In this document: positions 55,859 to 63,349 of the stretch, one piece after another
Numbering within the stretch: the first letter of the stretch is position 1
Layout of the letters: every line of letters starts with the position of its first letter
IMG/VR virus record: IMGVR_UViG_3300045988_090117
Span: 4,812-68,811 of that record
Direction: 5' to 3' (one strand)
DNA length: 64,000 nucleotides
Origin: a virus
Translations under genes and position numbers: made by a program
The notes under the pieces: model-generated
Database searches by the model: none
What the model saw: the letters and a program-made list of their open reading frames with translations, nothing else
Told to the model about the DNA's origin: nothing

Positions 55859-56614
55859 CTAAAATAATTTTCTTTGTCTACTAATCGTCTCTAATCTATC
55901 TTTAGTTATATTAAAATATTTTTTATCTAACTCAATTCCGATAAACCTTCTATTTAAATTCAAACAAGCCACTCCGGTACTACCTGAACCCATTGTAAAG
56001 TCAAGAATTACATCACCTTCATTTGTATATGTTTTAACTAAATATTCAAGCAATGCGACTGGCTTTTGTGTTGGATGATATCTATTTTTAACATCTCTAT
56101 TAAATTTAATAATTGAAACAGGGTATCTTTTGCCATCATTCTTAGATATATAGCCATCAATCGTCCCTACGCCTCTATATACACCACGCACACGAGGTCT
56201 TTTTACTACATATGGTTCCCCCTCTGTAAATTGTGGATTATATGTGGGTAACTTTTTATAAAACACCAATATATTCTCATGTTTCTTTAGTGGCATTCTT
56301 TTAGCATTAAGCCCACCTGTTCCCTGTTCTTTTTCCCATATCCATTCATATCTAAGCATCTCTAAATTACTAACTCCAAGAACTTTATCAAATGGAGTTT
56401 GAGCAAATAAACATATAACTGCATTATCTTTTATTAATTTATTTAGTCTCTCCCACATACCATCTAATGGGATTATTGAATCCCATTTACAGGCAGTTGT
56501 CCCGTATGGGGGATCTGTAATTATAGCATCGACTTTTACACCCCCCTTAATCAACTTATCCATTATTTCCAGGCAATCACCATTATATAATTTATAGTTT
56601 TCATTATTATTCAT
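55859..56614 (-). CDS. Beta-class DNA methyltransferase (DPPY), paralogue 2
   Basis: DAIITDPPYGTTACKWDSIIPLD, HPTQKPVALLEYLVK and DFTMGSGSTGVAC. The ends are near-identical to 43145..43984 while the central ~100 aa differ. Confidence 0.8.
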   Translation of the reverse strand: MNNNENYKLYNGDCLEIMDKLIKGGVKVDAIITDPPYGTTACKWDSIIPLDGMWERLNKLIKDNAVICLFAQTPFDKVLGVSNLEMLRYEWIWEKEQGTGGLNAKRMPLKKHENILVFYKKLPTYNPQFTEGEPYVVKRPRVRGVYRGVGTIDGYISKNDGKRYPVSIIKFNRDVKNRYHPTQKPVALLEYLVKTYTNEGDVILDFTMGSGSTGVACLNLNRRFIGIELDKKYFNITKDRLETISRQRKLF

Positions 56615-56648
56615 ACAGACTCATCTCCTTATTTTTATTTACAAATAA

Positions 56649-56677
56649 AGTATATAAAAATGTAAAAATTTGCTAAC
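56649..56677 (-). promoter_or_regulatory. Phage promoter motif GTTAGC-17-TATACT
   Basis: Minus strand reads GTTAGCAAATTTTTACATTTTTATATACT. Confidence 0.5.
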
Positions 56678-56701
56678 TAAAATAAAAAAAACTCTTGAAT
56701 G

Positions 56702-57520
56702 TTATCTAAATCTTTTGTTTCTAGTAGAAACTTTATCATCTACTATTTCTCTTTTACATCTCCATTTTTCAAATTTTTTAATTTCATCTTTATCACCAAT
56801 ATATTTTTTCTTTAATGCTGCTATAGTGTTCCCCATAAAATGTTCCTCATCTTCCATCATATATAACTCTACCCATTTTTCGGCAGTTTCTTTTATATCT
56901 AAATATAATTGCCAAGGGTATTTATTGTCTGTATCCATAAATAAGTTAAATAATGGTTGTTTCATGTATATTTTTTTCAAACCACCTTTATAAGAAGCTA
57001 TTTGAGCCATGACTTTACTTAAAGCTATACATTTTTTACTATCACCTATTATTTCATAAAAATCATATGTTTCATGTGCTTCTTGTCGTCTAAATGATAA
57101 TAACTGTTCTTTTAAATGTTCTGCTACTATAAATTTCTCACAATCAACAAAGTATTTTCTTAATTCCTTACTTATTCGTTTTGTTTCTTTATTTACTCTA
57201 GGTTTAGCTCCTATTGTCATCACTATTTCATTCGCTATATCCAATGATATAAAATAATCTGTGTGTGGTCGACCTCCAGTACTTTTTCGTTTTAAAACGA
57301 TAAAGTCTATTCCTTCTTCAGCATCTATTTCTTTTAATACCTTTGGCATCCAATCAGCAAAATGTGTAGTAGTTTTATTTAATCGTATACCCTTAAATAA
57401 TTCAAAACCATCAATTCCTAATAACGGTTTCCCTTCTGTACCTAAATATTCTACATCTTCATATATAGGTACTATTTCACTTAGTGCGAAGTCTTTAATA
57501 CGCCATTTTTTATTTCTCAT
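56702..57520 (-). CDS. AntA/KilAC-like antirepressor-family DNA-binding protein
   Basis: STGGRPHTDYFISLDIANEIVM matches the AntA/AntB core pattern. The likely start MRNKKW follows the SD GAGGAG. Confidence 0.45.
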   Translation of the reverse strand: MRNKKWRIKDFALSEIVPIYEDVEYLGTEGKPLLGIDGFELFKGIRLNKTTTHFADWMPKVLKEIDAEEGIDFIVLKRKSTGGRPHTDYFISLDIANEIVMTIGAKPRVNKETKRISKELRKYFVDCEKFIVAEHLKEQLLSFRRQEAHETYDFYEIIGDSKKCIALSKVMAQIASYKGGLKKIYMKQPLFNLFMDTDNKYPWQLYLDIKETAEKWVELYMMEDEEHFMGNTIAALKKKYIGDKDEIKKFEKWRCKREIVDDKVSTRNKRFR

Positions 57521-57559
57521 GTTCCCCATCTCCTCAAATTTTATTTATCCTACACATAT

Positions 57560-57588
57560 AGTATATAAAAATGTTAAAATTTGCTAAC
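57560..57588 (-). promoter_or_regulatory. Phage promoter motif GTTAGC-17-TATACT
   Basis: Minus strand reads GTTAGCAAATTTTAACATTTTTATATACT. Confidence 0.5.
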
Positions 57589-57599
57589 TAAAATAAATA

Positions 57600-57775
57600 A
57601 AAAAAAATTCCAGTGGGTTACCAAGCCACTGGAATGTATATGGGGATTGTTAATAATTTCTTATTAGTTGGTTATATGAAGTTAATCACCTACTCTCTTA
57701 TTATACACTATTGGGTCATATAAGAAAATAATAAAAATTAAAATAATATAAAAATAATTTAATAAAATAAGTTAC
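57600..57775 (-). ncRNA. Candidate non-coding RNA C (~175 nt)
   Basis: The promoter motif at 57782-57810 is followed by ~140 nt of AT-rich sequence with no SD or ORF. Then come AAUCCCCAUAUA and the terminator AUUCCAGUGG-..-CCACUGGAAU plus U9. Confidence 0.35.
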
Positions 57776-57781
57776 ATATAT

Positions 57782-57810
57782 AATATAGAAATTTTGGTCA
57801 ATTTACTAAC
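57782..57810 (-). promoter_or_regulatory. Phage promoter motif GTTAGT-17-TATATT (drives candidate ncRNA C)
   Basis: Minus strand reads GTTAGTAAATTGACCAAAATTTCTATATT. Confidence 0.5.
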
Positions 57811-57812
57811 TA

Positions 57813-58508
57813 CTAAAATAATTTTTTCTGTCTATTATTCAACTTAACATTTTCAAGTCGTTCTTTAGATATATTAAAGTAATTTTCATTTAATTCAATT
57901 CCTATGAATCTTCTATTAGTATTTAAACAAGCAACACCTGTGCTGCCACTACCCATAAATGAGTCTAAAATTAAGTCATTTTCATTTGTTGATTGTTTTA
58001 TAAAGATCTCTAATAAATCAACAGGTTTTTGTGTTGGATGCAATTTATTTCCAGTTCTTTTAGCTTGTATGACATCTGGTAATCTTTTACCGTTTCTTAA
58101 TCTTCGTCCTTTATGTCCAAATAATATAAATTCATGCTTAGGGGCATATGATCCCTTTAAATCGCCCATAGATATATTATTCTTTTCCCATACTATTATA
58201 TTTTTTAATGTGAAGTATTTTTCAAATGCAATTTTAAATTTATCTATATGATGCCAACTACAAAAGCAATATATATGAGTATTATCTTTTAACAATTTAT
58301 CACATTTTTGAAAATATTCATCTAAAAATGATAAATCATCATCATTACTAATTTGCTTATATTTTTCTTTTCTACGATTACTTTTAAACTCCATACCATA
58401 GGGTGGATCGGATATTACTGCATCCACTTTTACTCCATCTTTAATTAATTTATCCATAATTTCTAAGCAGTCACCTTGATATAATTTATACCTTTCATTA
58501 TTATTCAT
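57813..58508 (-). CDS. Beta-class DNA methyltransferase (DPPY), paralogue 3
   Basis: DAVISDPPYGMEF, HPTQKPVDLLEIFIK and DSFMGSGSTGVAC. Confidence 0.8.
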   Translation of the reverse strand: MNNNERYKLYQGDCLEIMDKLIKDGVKVDAVISDPPYGMEFKSNRRKEKYKQISNDDDLSFLDEYFQKCDKLLKDNTHIYCFCSWHHIDKFKIAFEKYFTLKNIIVWEKNNISMGDLKGSYAPKHEFILFGHKGRRLRNGKRLPDVIQAKRTGNKLHPTQKPVDLLEIFIKQSTNENDLILDSFMGSGSTGVACLNTNRRFIGIELNENYFNISKERLENVKLNNRQKKLF

Positions 58509-58529
58509 AAAAACTCATCTCCCCTTCAT

Positions 58530-58769
58530 TTAAATAGAATATGAAACATTTTTAATATCATTAGAATATGTTAAATAGGCCACAAAGTTATAACCAGCTA
58601 TTTTCTGACTAATATAATTATCCTTTCCCTGTACAGTGAAAAATGTCTTAATCTCCACTATATCTTCTAAATAATTTAGTTTAAAACATACCCAAATAGG
58701 AAAACCTTGTCGTTTTCCATATTTAGCTATTTCCTCTTGTCGTTTCTTAGTTAATTCTATATCATTCAT
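58530..58769 (-). CDS. Hypothetical protein (79 aa)
   Basis: ORF track; SD GAGGTGAG upstream. Confidence 0.45.
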   Translation of the reverse strand: MNDIELTKKRQEEIAKYGKRQGFPIWVCFKLNYLEDIVEIKTFFTVQGKDNYISQKIAGYNFVAYLTYSNDIKNVSYSI

Positions 58770-58779
58770 AATCTCACCT

Positions 58780-59049
58780 CTAATAAAATAATCTTATTTC
58801 TTCTTTATCTAATTTTATTACATAGATATCAGCATTGATGATAAATTTATTTCTAGTGCCACCCTTTTTAAGTGGTTCTCTAAAATTGTTATTTTTAATA
58901 TGTGTTCTAATGCAACTATTAAAACTTTTTAACTGAGTAGCATTAAGTCTATAACAACTATGTTTTATACTATTAATAATGTGTCTAATATCATTGCATA
59001 AATAATAGTTGTCTGGAGTCACCACCAAATAATTATTAGTACTTATCAT
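58780..59049 (-). CDS. Hypothetical protein (89 aa)
   Basis: The likely start MISTNNYLVV follows the SD AAAGGAGG. The longer track ORF would run through the leader hairpin. Confidence 0.45.
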   Translation of the reverse strand: MISTNNYLVVTPDNYYLCNDIRHIINSIKHSCYRLNATQLKSFNSCIRTHIKNNNFREPLKKGGTRNKFIINADIYVIKLDKEEIRLFY

Positions 59050-59076
59050 AATATTCCTCCTTTTTAGTTGAAAAGA

Positions 59077-59099
59077 ATTATGCAACTTTGTTGCATAAT
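59077..59099 (-). terminator. Perfect 10-bp leader hairpin (possible attenuator)
   Basis: Minus strand reads ATTATGCAAC-AAA-GTTGCATAAT followed by TCTTTTC. Lies between the promoter at 59161-59189 and the start at 59049. Confidence 0.3.
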
Positions 59100-59160
59100 A
59101 ATGTCCCACCGACCGATTCTTTATTTATTTTCAGTCTAACTAATTTTATTATCTAAATAT

Positions 59161-59189
59161 AATATAGGAAAAATCGCCGTTTTACTAAC
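59161..59189 (-). promoter_or_regulatory. Phage promoter motif GTTAGT-17-TATATT
   Basis: Minus strand reads GTTAGTAAAACGGCGATTTTTCCTATATT. Confidence 0.5.
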
Positions 59190-59243
59190 TACAAATTTAA
59201 AAAAGTTAAAAAAATTTTCACCTTAAAAAAGGTTTTTTTATAT

Positions 59244-59272
59244 AGTATAGAAATTTTTCCCGTTTTACTAAC
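59244..59272 (-). promoter_or_regulatory. Phage promoter motif GTTAGT-17-TATACT
   Basis: Minus strand reads GTTAGTAAAACGGGAAAAATTTCTATACT; in tandem with the copy 83 nt downstream. Confidence 0.5.
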
Positions 59273-59280
59273 TTATATAT

Positions 59281-59307
59281 AAAAAAAATAGAAGGATTAA
59301 ATCCTTC
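59281..59307 (-). terminator. Rho-independent terminator
   Basis: Minus strand reads GAAGGAT-TTA-ATCCTTC followed by TATTTTTTTT. The stop codon of 59297..59656 lies in the loop. Confidence 0.55.
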
Positions 59308-59656
59308 TATTAGTTGTGTTGTGTTTATAATCATTTTCAACTTGATAACTAGCACGATTACTACGTGGCATTGGTTGATTGACATAGTTTTCCATTTTAT
59401 TACTGAATAGAGTTTGTGGTCTAATATACATTTCCATATTAGTTCCACCCCATTCAGCTATTTTTACATCAATAACATATTTAAAATCTTCTAATGTATA
59501 ACCTTCTTTTAGTCGAGCTGAGATGTATTTAACAGTATTTTTAGCATCATATTTATATTTAGTTCCTGCTCTATTATTTAAATAGTCTACAATTTCTTCT
59601 ATTAATTTAGTTTGTACAGTTGGTACTTTATTAACATTAAATCCAGGAAGTGCCAT
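59297..59656 (-). CDS. Phage conserved C-terminal domain protein (Phg_2220_C / DnaD-like)
   Basis: YLNNRAGTKYKYDAKNTVKYISARLKEGYTLEDFKYVID.K...W.......YIRPQTLF. Confidence 0.5.
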   Translation of the reverse strand: MALPGFNVNKVPTVQTKLIEEIVDYLNNRAGTKYKYDAKNTVKYISARLKEGYTLEDFKYVIDVKIAEWGGTNMEMYIRPQTLFSNKMENYVNQPMPRSNRASYQVENDYKHNTTNRRI

Positions 59657-60039
59657 TATTTCACCTTCTTTACTCTTAAAGTTTTATATTGTTTCTCTCT
59701 ATAAGCTGGAGCTATGTCATCTGTACTTATTATCCCACCATACATTAATTCTTCTAATTTATCCTCATCTACAGTATAAGTTTTAATTAGACAGTCCATT
59801 ATTTCAGGTTTTTCTTGTGCCATATTTAGTAATATCTGAATAAGTGTATCATCATCTAATTCACTCTTAGTATTAGTAGTATAAGAAACTTTTATGCCAC
59901 CATATTCTCCTTTAGTAATACCCTGTTCATCTAACATAGTTTTAGTGTCTTTAATCAGGTTGTTTTCAATCTCTTTATTCTTTTTATTGATATCTTTTAT
60001 CTCAGCTAAGTCACTCAATAAAACCCCTAATTCCTTCAT
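59656..60039 (-). CDS. Hypothetical protein (127 aa)
   Basis: ORF track; SD AAGGAGGC upstream. Confidence 0.45.
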   Translation of the reverse strand: MKELGVLLSDLAEIKDINKKNKEIENNLIKDTKTMLDEQGITKGEYGGIKVSYTTNTKSELDDDTLIQILLNMAQEKPEIMDCLIKTYTVDEDKLEELMYGGIISTDDIAPAYREKQYKTLRVKKVK

Positions 60040-60112
60040 TTTTTAGCCTCCTTAAGTAATTAATCTATGAACCCCATAAAACCTATTATAGGTAGGTCAT
60101 ATCACTATATAT

Positions 60113-60141
60113 AGTATAGAATTTATCTATTATTTACTAAG
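60113..60141 (-). promoter_or_regulatory. Phage promoter motif (CTTAGT)-17-TATACT
   Basis: Minus strand reads CTTAGTAAATAATAGATAAATTCTATACT; overlaps the 3' end of the HTH gene. Confidence 0.45.
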
Positions 60142-60401
60142 TTGCCGTTGTACTTATCACTAACAGTTTTCATAGTGCCTCTTTTGTTTGTTTTCATAAA
60201 TTCTTGGAAAGCATCAATGTCATGTGCTGCAAAATATTTAGCATGTTGTTGACCTAGTGTTATGTATTCAGGTAATCTACGTTGTTCTGTTGGTAACATT
60301 TGTTCGTACTCATACCATCTTAGTATGGTAGCTTTAGTTCTACCAATAATGGCTCCAATCTCAGTAAGACTATAATACATATTTCCATCTATCATTTTCA
60401 T
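60123..60401 (-). CDS. MerR/excisionase-like HTH DNA-binding protein
   Basis: YYSLTEIGAIIGRTKATILRWYEY. Confidence 0.5.
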   Translation of the reverse strand: MKMIDGNMYYSLTEIGAIIGRTKATILRWYEYEQMLPTEQRRLPEYITLGQQHAKYFAAHDIDAFQEFMKTNKRGTMKTVSDKYNGNLVNNR

Positions 60402-60403
60402 AG

Positions 60404-61696
60404 TTATCCCTCCATTATATCCATAAATAATTTTTTATTATCCACTACCTCACTTGATAGTGCTTGTTTACTTTTTACTATATTATGTACTTTTTCGTCT
60501 ATAGTATCCTTGCACATAAGAGTGATAATATTAACTGTACCCTTTGTTCCTATCCTGTGGCATCTGTCCTCAGCCTGTTGTTTATCGGCACTACTCCACG
60601 GCTCATCCAGGAAGATTACAGTATTAGCTTCATTGAGAGTAAACCCTGTACCCAGACAGCCGATTGTACCTAATATAACATGACAATCAGCGTTTTCTTT
60701 GAACTCCCTTAGTACTTCATCCTTGTTCTTGACCTCAGACGTTATACAAGCTGGATTGTACTTTTGTAGTAGTTTGGCGGCAGGTTCAATCACTTTTGCC
60801 CAGTTACTAAAAATGATAACTTTACCTCCATTGTTAACTACTTCCTCAACTAATTCTTGCATACGTTTATATTTGACATTGTTTACTTTATGTGTGGTCA
60901 GAATATCTGGATTACCAGTAACTTGTCGTAAACGTGTTAGGGCGGTTAATGGATTTGGCAGTAAAAGTATCTTATCAATGTTCTCTTGTATAGTCTGTTC
61001 TACTTCTTTATATATTCTAGTCTGACCATTATCCATCTCCAGTAATTCATTAGTATAAATTTTAGGCGGTAGATCTAATACATCCTCTTTTCTACGTCTT
61101 AACATATATTTGTCCAATCTACTTTGTAATTCATCCAGATGTTTATAGCCAACAATCTGATAACCACCAAATCCACCCATAATACAGTAATGGTTTTTAA
61201 ACTGGGTTAAACTGTGGTTCTCAACTTCTAGCCATTTTAATACATTGTACAGGTCTATAGCAGCATTCATTATTGGTGTTCCTGTAAGCGCCAACTTGTA
61301 ATAAGAACAACAACAATGAATGGCTTTTCCTTGCATACTCGTGGAGTTTTTACATTTATGTATCTCGTCTATAATGGTCATACCTATTACACCACACGTA
61401 CAAAGTATTTTTATGTATTCTTGTATTTTAGTATCTCGTAGTGTTTCAATATTAGTAACTAGGAAAAATTCATCATGTTTATTTTGTAAATCTAATAATC
61501 TATCATGTACACTACCAATTTTACCATCCTTAAATCCTAATATATGAGCGTGTTCATTAGTATGTACCGCTACCTCATTTACCCAGTTCCACTTCAATTC
61601 ATTGACTCCACATACTATGAGGCAATGTTTCATTTGTCCTTTTTTACTTACTGCAATGTCCAAGGCTTGCTTTGTTTTGCCTGAGTCCCTGCTCAT
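60404..61696 (-). CDS. SNF2-family helicase, C-terminal frame (from mid Walker A)
   Basis: ..SGKTKQALD (rest of GxGKT), IIDEIHKCKN (DEAH-like), LALTGTPIMN, and helicase C motifs LGTIGCLGTGFTLNEANTVIFLDEPWS..QAEDRCHRIG. Confidence 0.75.
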   Translation of the reverse strand: MSRDSGKTKQALDIAVSKKGQMKHCLIVCGVNELKWNWVNEVAVHTNEHAHILGFKDGKIGSVHDRLLDLQNKHDEFFLVTNIETLRDTKIQEYIKILCTCGVIGMTIIDEIHKCKNSTSMQGKAIHCCCSYYKLALTGTPIMNAAIDLYNVLKWLEVENHSLTQFKNHYCIMGGFGGYQIVGYKHLDELQSRLDKYMLRRRKEDVLDLPPKIYTNELLEMDNGQTRIYKEVEQTIQENIDKILLLPNPLTALTRLRQVTGNPDILTTHKVNNVKYKRMQELVEEVVNNGGKVIIFSNWAKVIEPAAKLLQKYNPACITSEVKNKDEVLREFKENADCHVILGTIGCLGTGFTLNEANTVIFLDEPWSSADKQQAEDRCHRIGTKGTVNIITLMCKDTIDEKVHNIVKSKQALSSEVVDNKKLFMDIMEG

Positions 61697-62048
61697 CCGC
61701 GAGTAGAAATTTAGTATGATCTTTGGAGTATAGAAAACTGTCCATTTGGTAACTATAGGGTGTAGTTTTACTTTTATATTCTCCTAATGGTTTATCATAG
61801 TTGTCCAGTAACTTTAGATAATTCTCAAATTCTTTGGGTATTTTACCAACTATATCAATATTACAATCCCTGCATTTATCTAATATAGTCTTAAATGCCC
61901 CTTTTGGAAGTTCCCACATATTATTATTTTTATGATAGTAACAGTTGAATGATTTAATAATATTTAAATATTCCAACTCATCACCGACCATTTTCACAAA
62001 TAGAGAACTACCTCTAAATTTTATACCTTTGTCTATTTTTATTCTCAT
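61644..62048 (-). CDS. SNF2-family helicase, N-terminal frame (ends inside Walker A)
   Basis: ..PYSYQMDSFLYS..FLLADEQGL then an out-of-frame tail RQNKASLGHCSK*. The +1 frame continues GKTKQ. Confidence 0.7.
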   Translation of the reverse strand: MRIKIDKGIKFRGSSLFVKMVGDELEYLNIIKSFNCYYHKNNNMWELPKGAFKTILDKCRDCNIDIVGKIPKEFENYLKLLDNYDKPLGEYKSKTTPYSYQMDSFLYSKDHTKFLLADEQGLRQNKASLGHCSK

Positions 62049-62071
62049 TTTATCCCTCCAATTGTTGTAGG

Positions 62072-62260
62072 TTAGTGTCTTGTATATTCCTTATACATTC
62101 TAAACCAACCTTGAATTAGTGACGTAGGATATATAGCACTAATTCCATCTTCATTAATTAATACAATAGAATCACCACAAGCATATCCTACTGTGTATAT
62201 TTTATTACTTATAATATGAATTAATTTATCCCCTTCTCTACATTCTGCACTTGTTCTCAT
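62072..62260 (-). CDS. Hypothetical protein, first early gene
   Basis: ORF; the likely start MRTSAECREG follows the SD AAGGGAG. About 35 nt downstream of the -10 at 62295-62300. Confidence 0.45.
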   Translation of the reverse strand: MRTSAECREGDKLIHIISNKIYTVGYACGDSIVLINEDGISAIYPTSLIQGWFRMYKEYTRH

Positions 62261-62294
62261 TAATACCAACTCCCTTTATCTTTTTATTAACATA

Positions 62295-62323
62295 ATTATA
62301 ACACTACTTACATAATTAATCAA
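62295..62323 (-). promoter_or_regulatory. Canonical sigma-A-type promoter TTGATT-17-TATAAT
   Basis: Minus strand reads TTGATTAATTATGTAAGTAGTGTTATAAT, with -35 at 62323-62318 and -10 at 62300-62295. Confidence 0.65.
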
Positions 62324-62330
62324 CTATTCT

Positions 62331-62375
62331 AAATAAAAAAATAAAAAAAAATTCCTACACATATTATGTAGGAAT
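62331..62375 (-). terminator. Strong rho-independent terminator after the endolysin gene
   Basis: Minus strand reads ATTCCTACA-TAATATG-TGTAGGAAT followed by T9AT7. Confidence 0.8.
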
Positions 62376-62384
62376 TTTATTTAT

Positions 62385-63260
62385 CTATACATATCTAACA
62401 AATTCTAAATATTTTTTATTTACCCAATAACCGGCTTTGCCTTTGCACCAAGTACCTCCATCAACTTCTTTTTCTTCTATTATTGTTATGGCTACACCTT
62501 TATTTATAACATCCACTACAGGATATTTTACGCCAGCACCTTTTCTACAATTAAGTCCGTCAGTGGTACAACGTGCTATATATTGTTTAAATTCTTTAGG
62601 TTTTTCCTCTTTAGGTTCTTCCTTTTTACCTTCTACATAATTCTTAACATCTTTAATGAAGTGACTGAAGCCATCTGGAGAACATCCATATCCCCAGAAT
62701 GCAGTACCTGGACAAGTTTTAGCACTTCTACTACTATCATATTTTCCTAAATAAGTTCCTCCAGCAGTAAACCAACAATGTGGTCTTATATGAGAAGTGT
62801 TAACTGGGATATCAAATCTCTTACACAACTCACCATAAAGATATATTACTGCCTTCTTTTGTGCAGATGTCATTTTATCGTGGCCTTTATCAAAACAACC
62901 ATATATTTCTATACATATAGCATTTGTGTTCCATTTTCTAATTCCTATTGGAGTAGAATTAAGATTTCTTCCTGTAGTGATTTTGCCGTCTGGGAATACA
63001 TTGAAGTGCTGAGCTATAAAATGTCCATGCCCGTCACTATCATGCCATGTAGATTTTCCATAACTATCTAATGATTGAGTTCTGCCAAAATGTGGCTCTG
63101 AAAATACTTTTTTATCTGTCTTTTCCCAAGTACTGTAGTTAGGTAAGTCCATATGATGTACTTGTAGTTTTGTTATTGTTCTAGTTACCTTTTGTTTATT
63201 AAGCCAATTTTTTACATCTTTAGCATTTTCTAAAAGTGTAAATCCATTTTGAGTTTTCAT
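62385..63260 (-). CDS. Endolysin: N-acetylmuramoyl-L-alanine amidase (Amidase_2/PGRP-like) plus a C-terminal SH3b domain
   Basis: LQVHHMD.., HF.AQHFNVFPDGKITTGR, NTNAICIEIYG. C-terminus is YIARCTTDGLNCRKGAGVKYPVVDVINKGVAITI..GGTWCKG..GYWVNKKYL. Confidence 0.75.
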   Translation of the reverse strand: MKTQNGFTLLENAKDVKNWLNKQKVTRTITKLQVHHMDLPNYSTWEKTDKKVFSEPHFGRTQSLDSYGKSTWHDSDGHGHFIAQHFNVFPDGKITTGRNLNSTPIGIRKWNTNAICIEIYGCFDKGHDKMTSAQKKAVIYLYGELCKRFDIPVNTSHIRPHCWFTAGGTYLGKYDSSRSAKTCPGTAFWGYGCSPDGFSHFIKDVKNYVEGKKEEPKEEKPKEFKQYIARCTTDGLNCRKGAGVKYPVVDVINKGVAITIIEEKEVDGGTWCKGKAGYWVNKKYLEFVRYV

Positions 63261-63349
63261 TATTTTACCACCTCGTTTATAAATTATAACTCATATCAAC
63301 ACCCTAAAGTATTAGTATGAGTTTATTTGCATGTCATATTTATTTTTTT

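Noticed and set aside
59218-59448. 76-aa minus-strand ORF overlapping 59297..59656
   Set aside because: It is out of frame with a better-supported gene and runs through a terminator and a promoter motif. It has no SD, and the sequence is low-complexity.
20800-60141. Whether the recurring ~36-nt motif could be a CRISPR array or a set of MITE-like repeats
   Set aside because: The copies are separated by 0.1-5 kb of ordinary genes rather than by regular short spacers. They are all in one orientation at gene starts and have a -35/-10 architecture. No cas genes or inverted terminal repeats are present.
63261-63349. Possible promoter or terminator between the fibre-like gene and the endolysin gene
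   Set aside because: Only an 8-bp stem with a 21-nt loop and no clear T-tract is present. There is a TATAAT, but no acceptable -35 at 16-18 nt. This is too weak to call.
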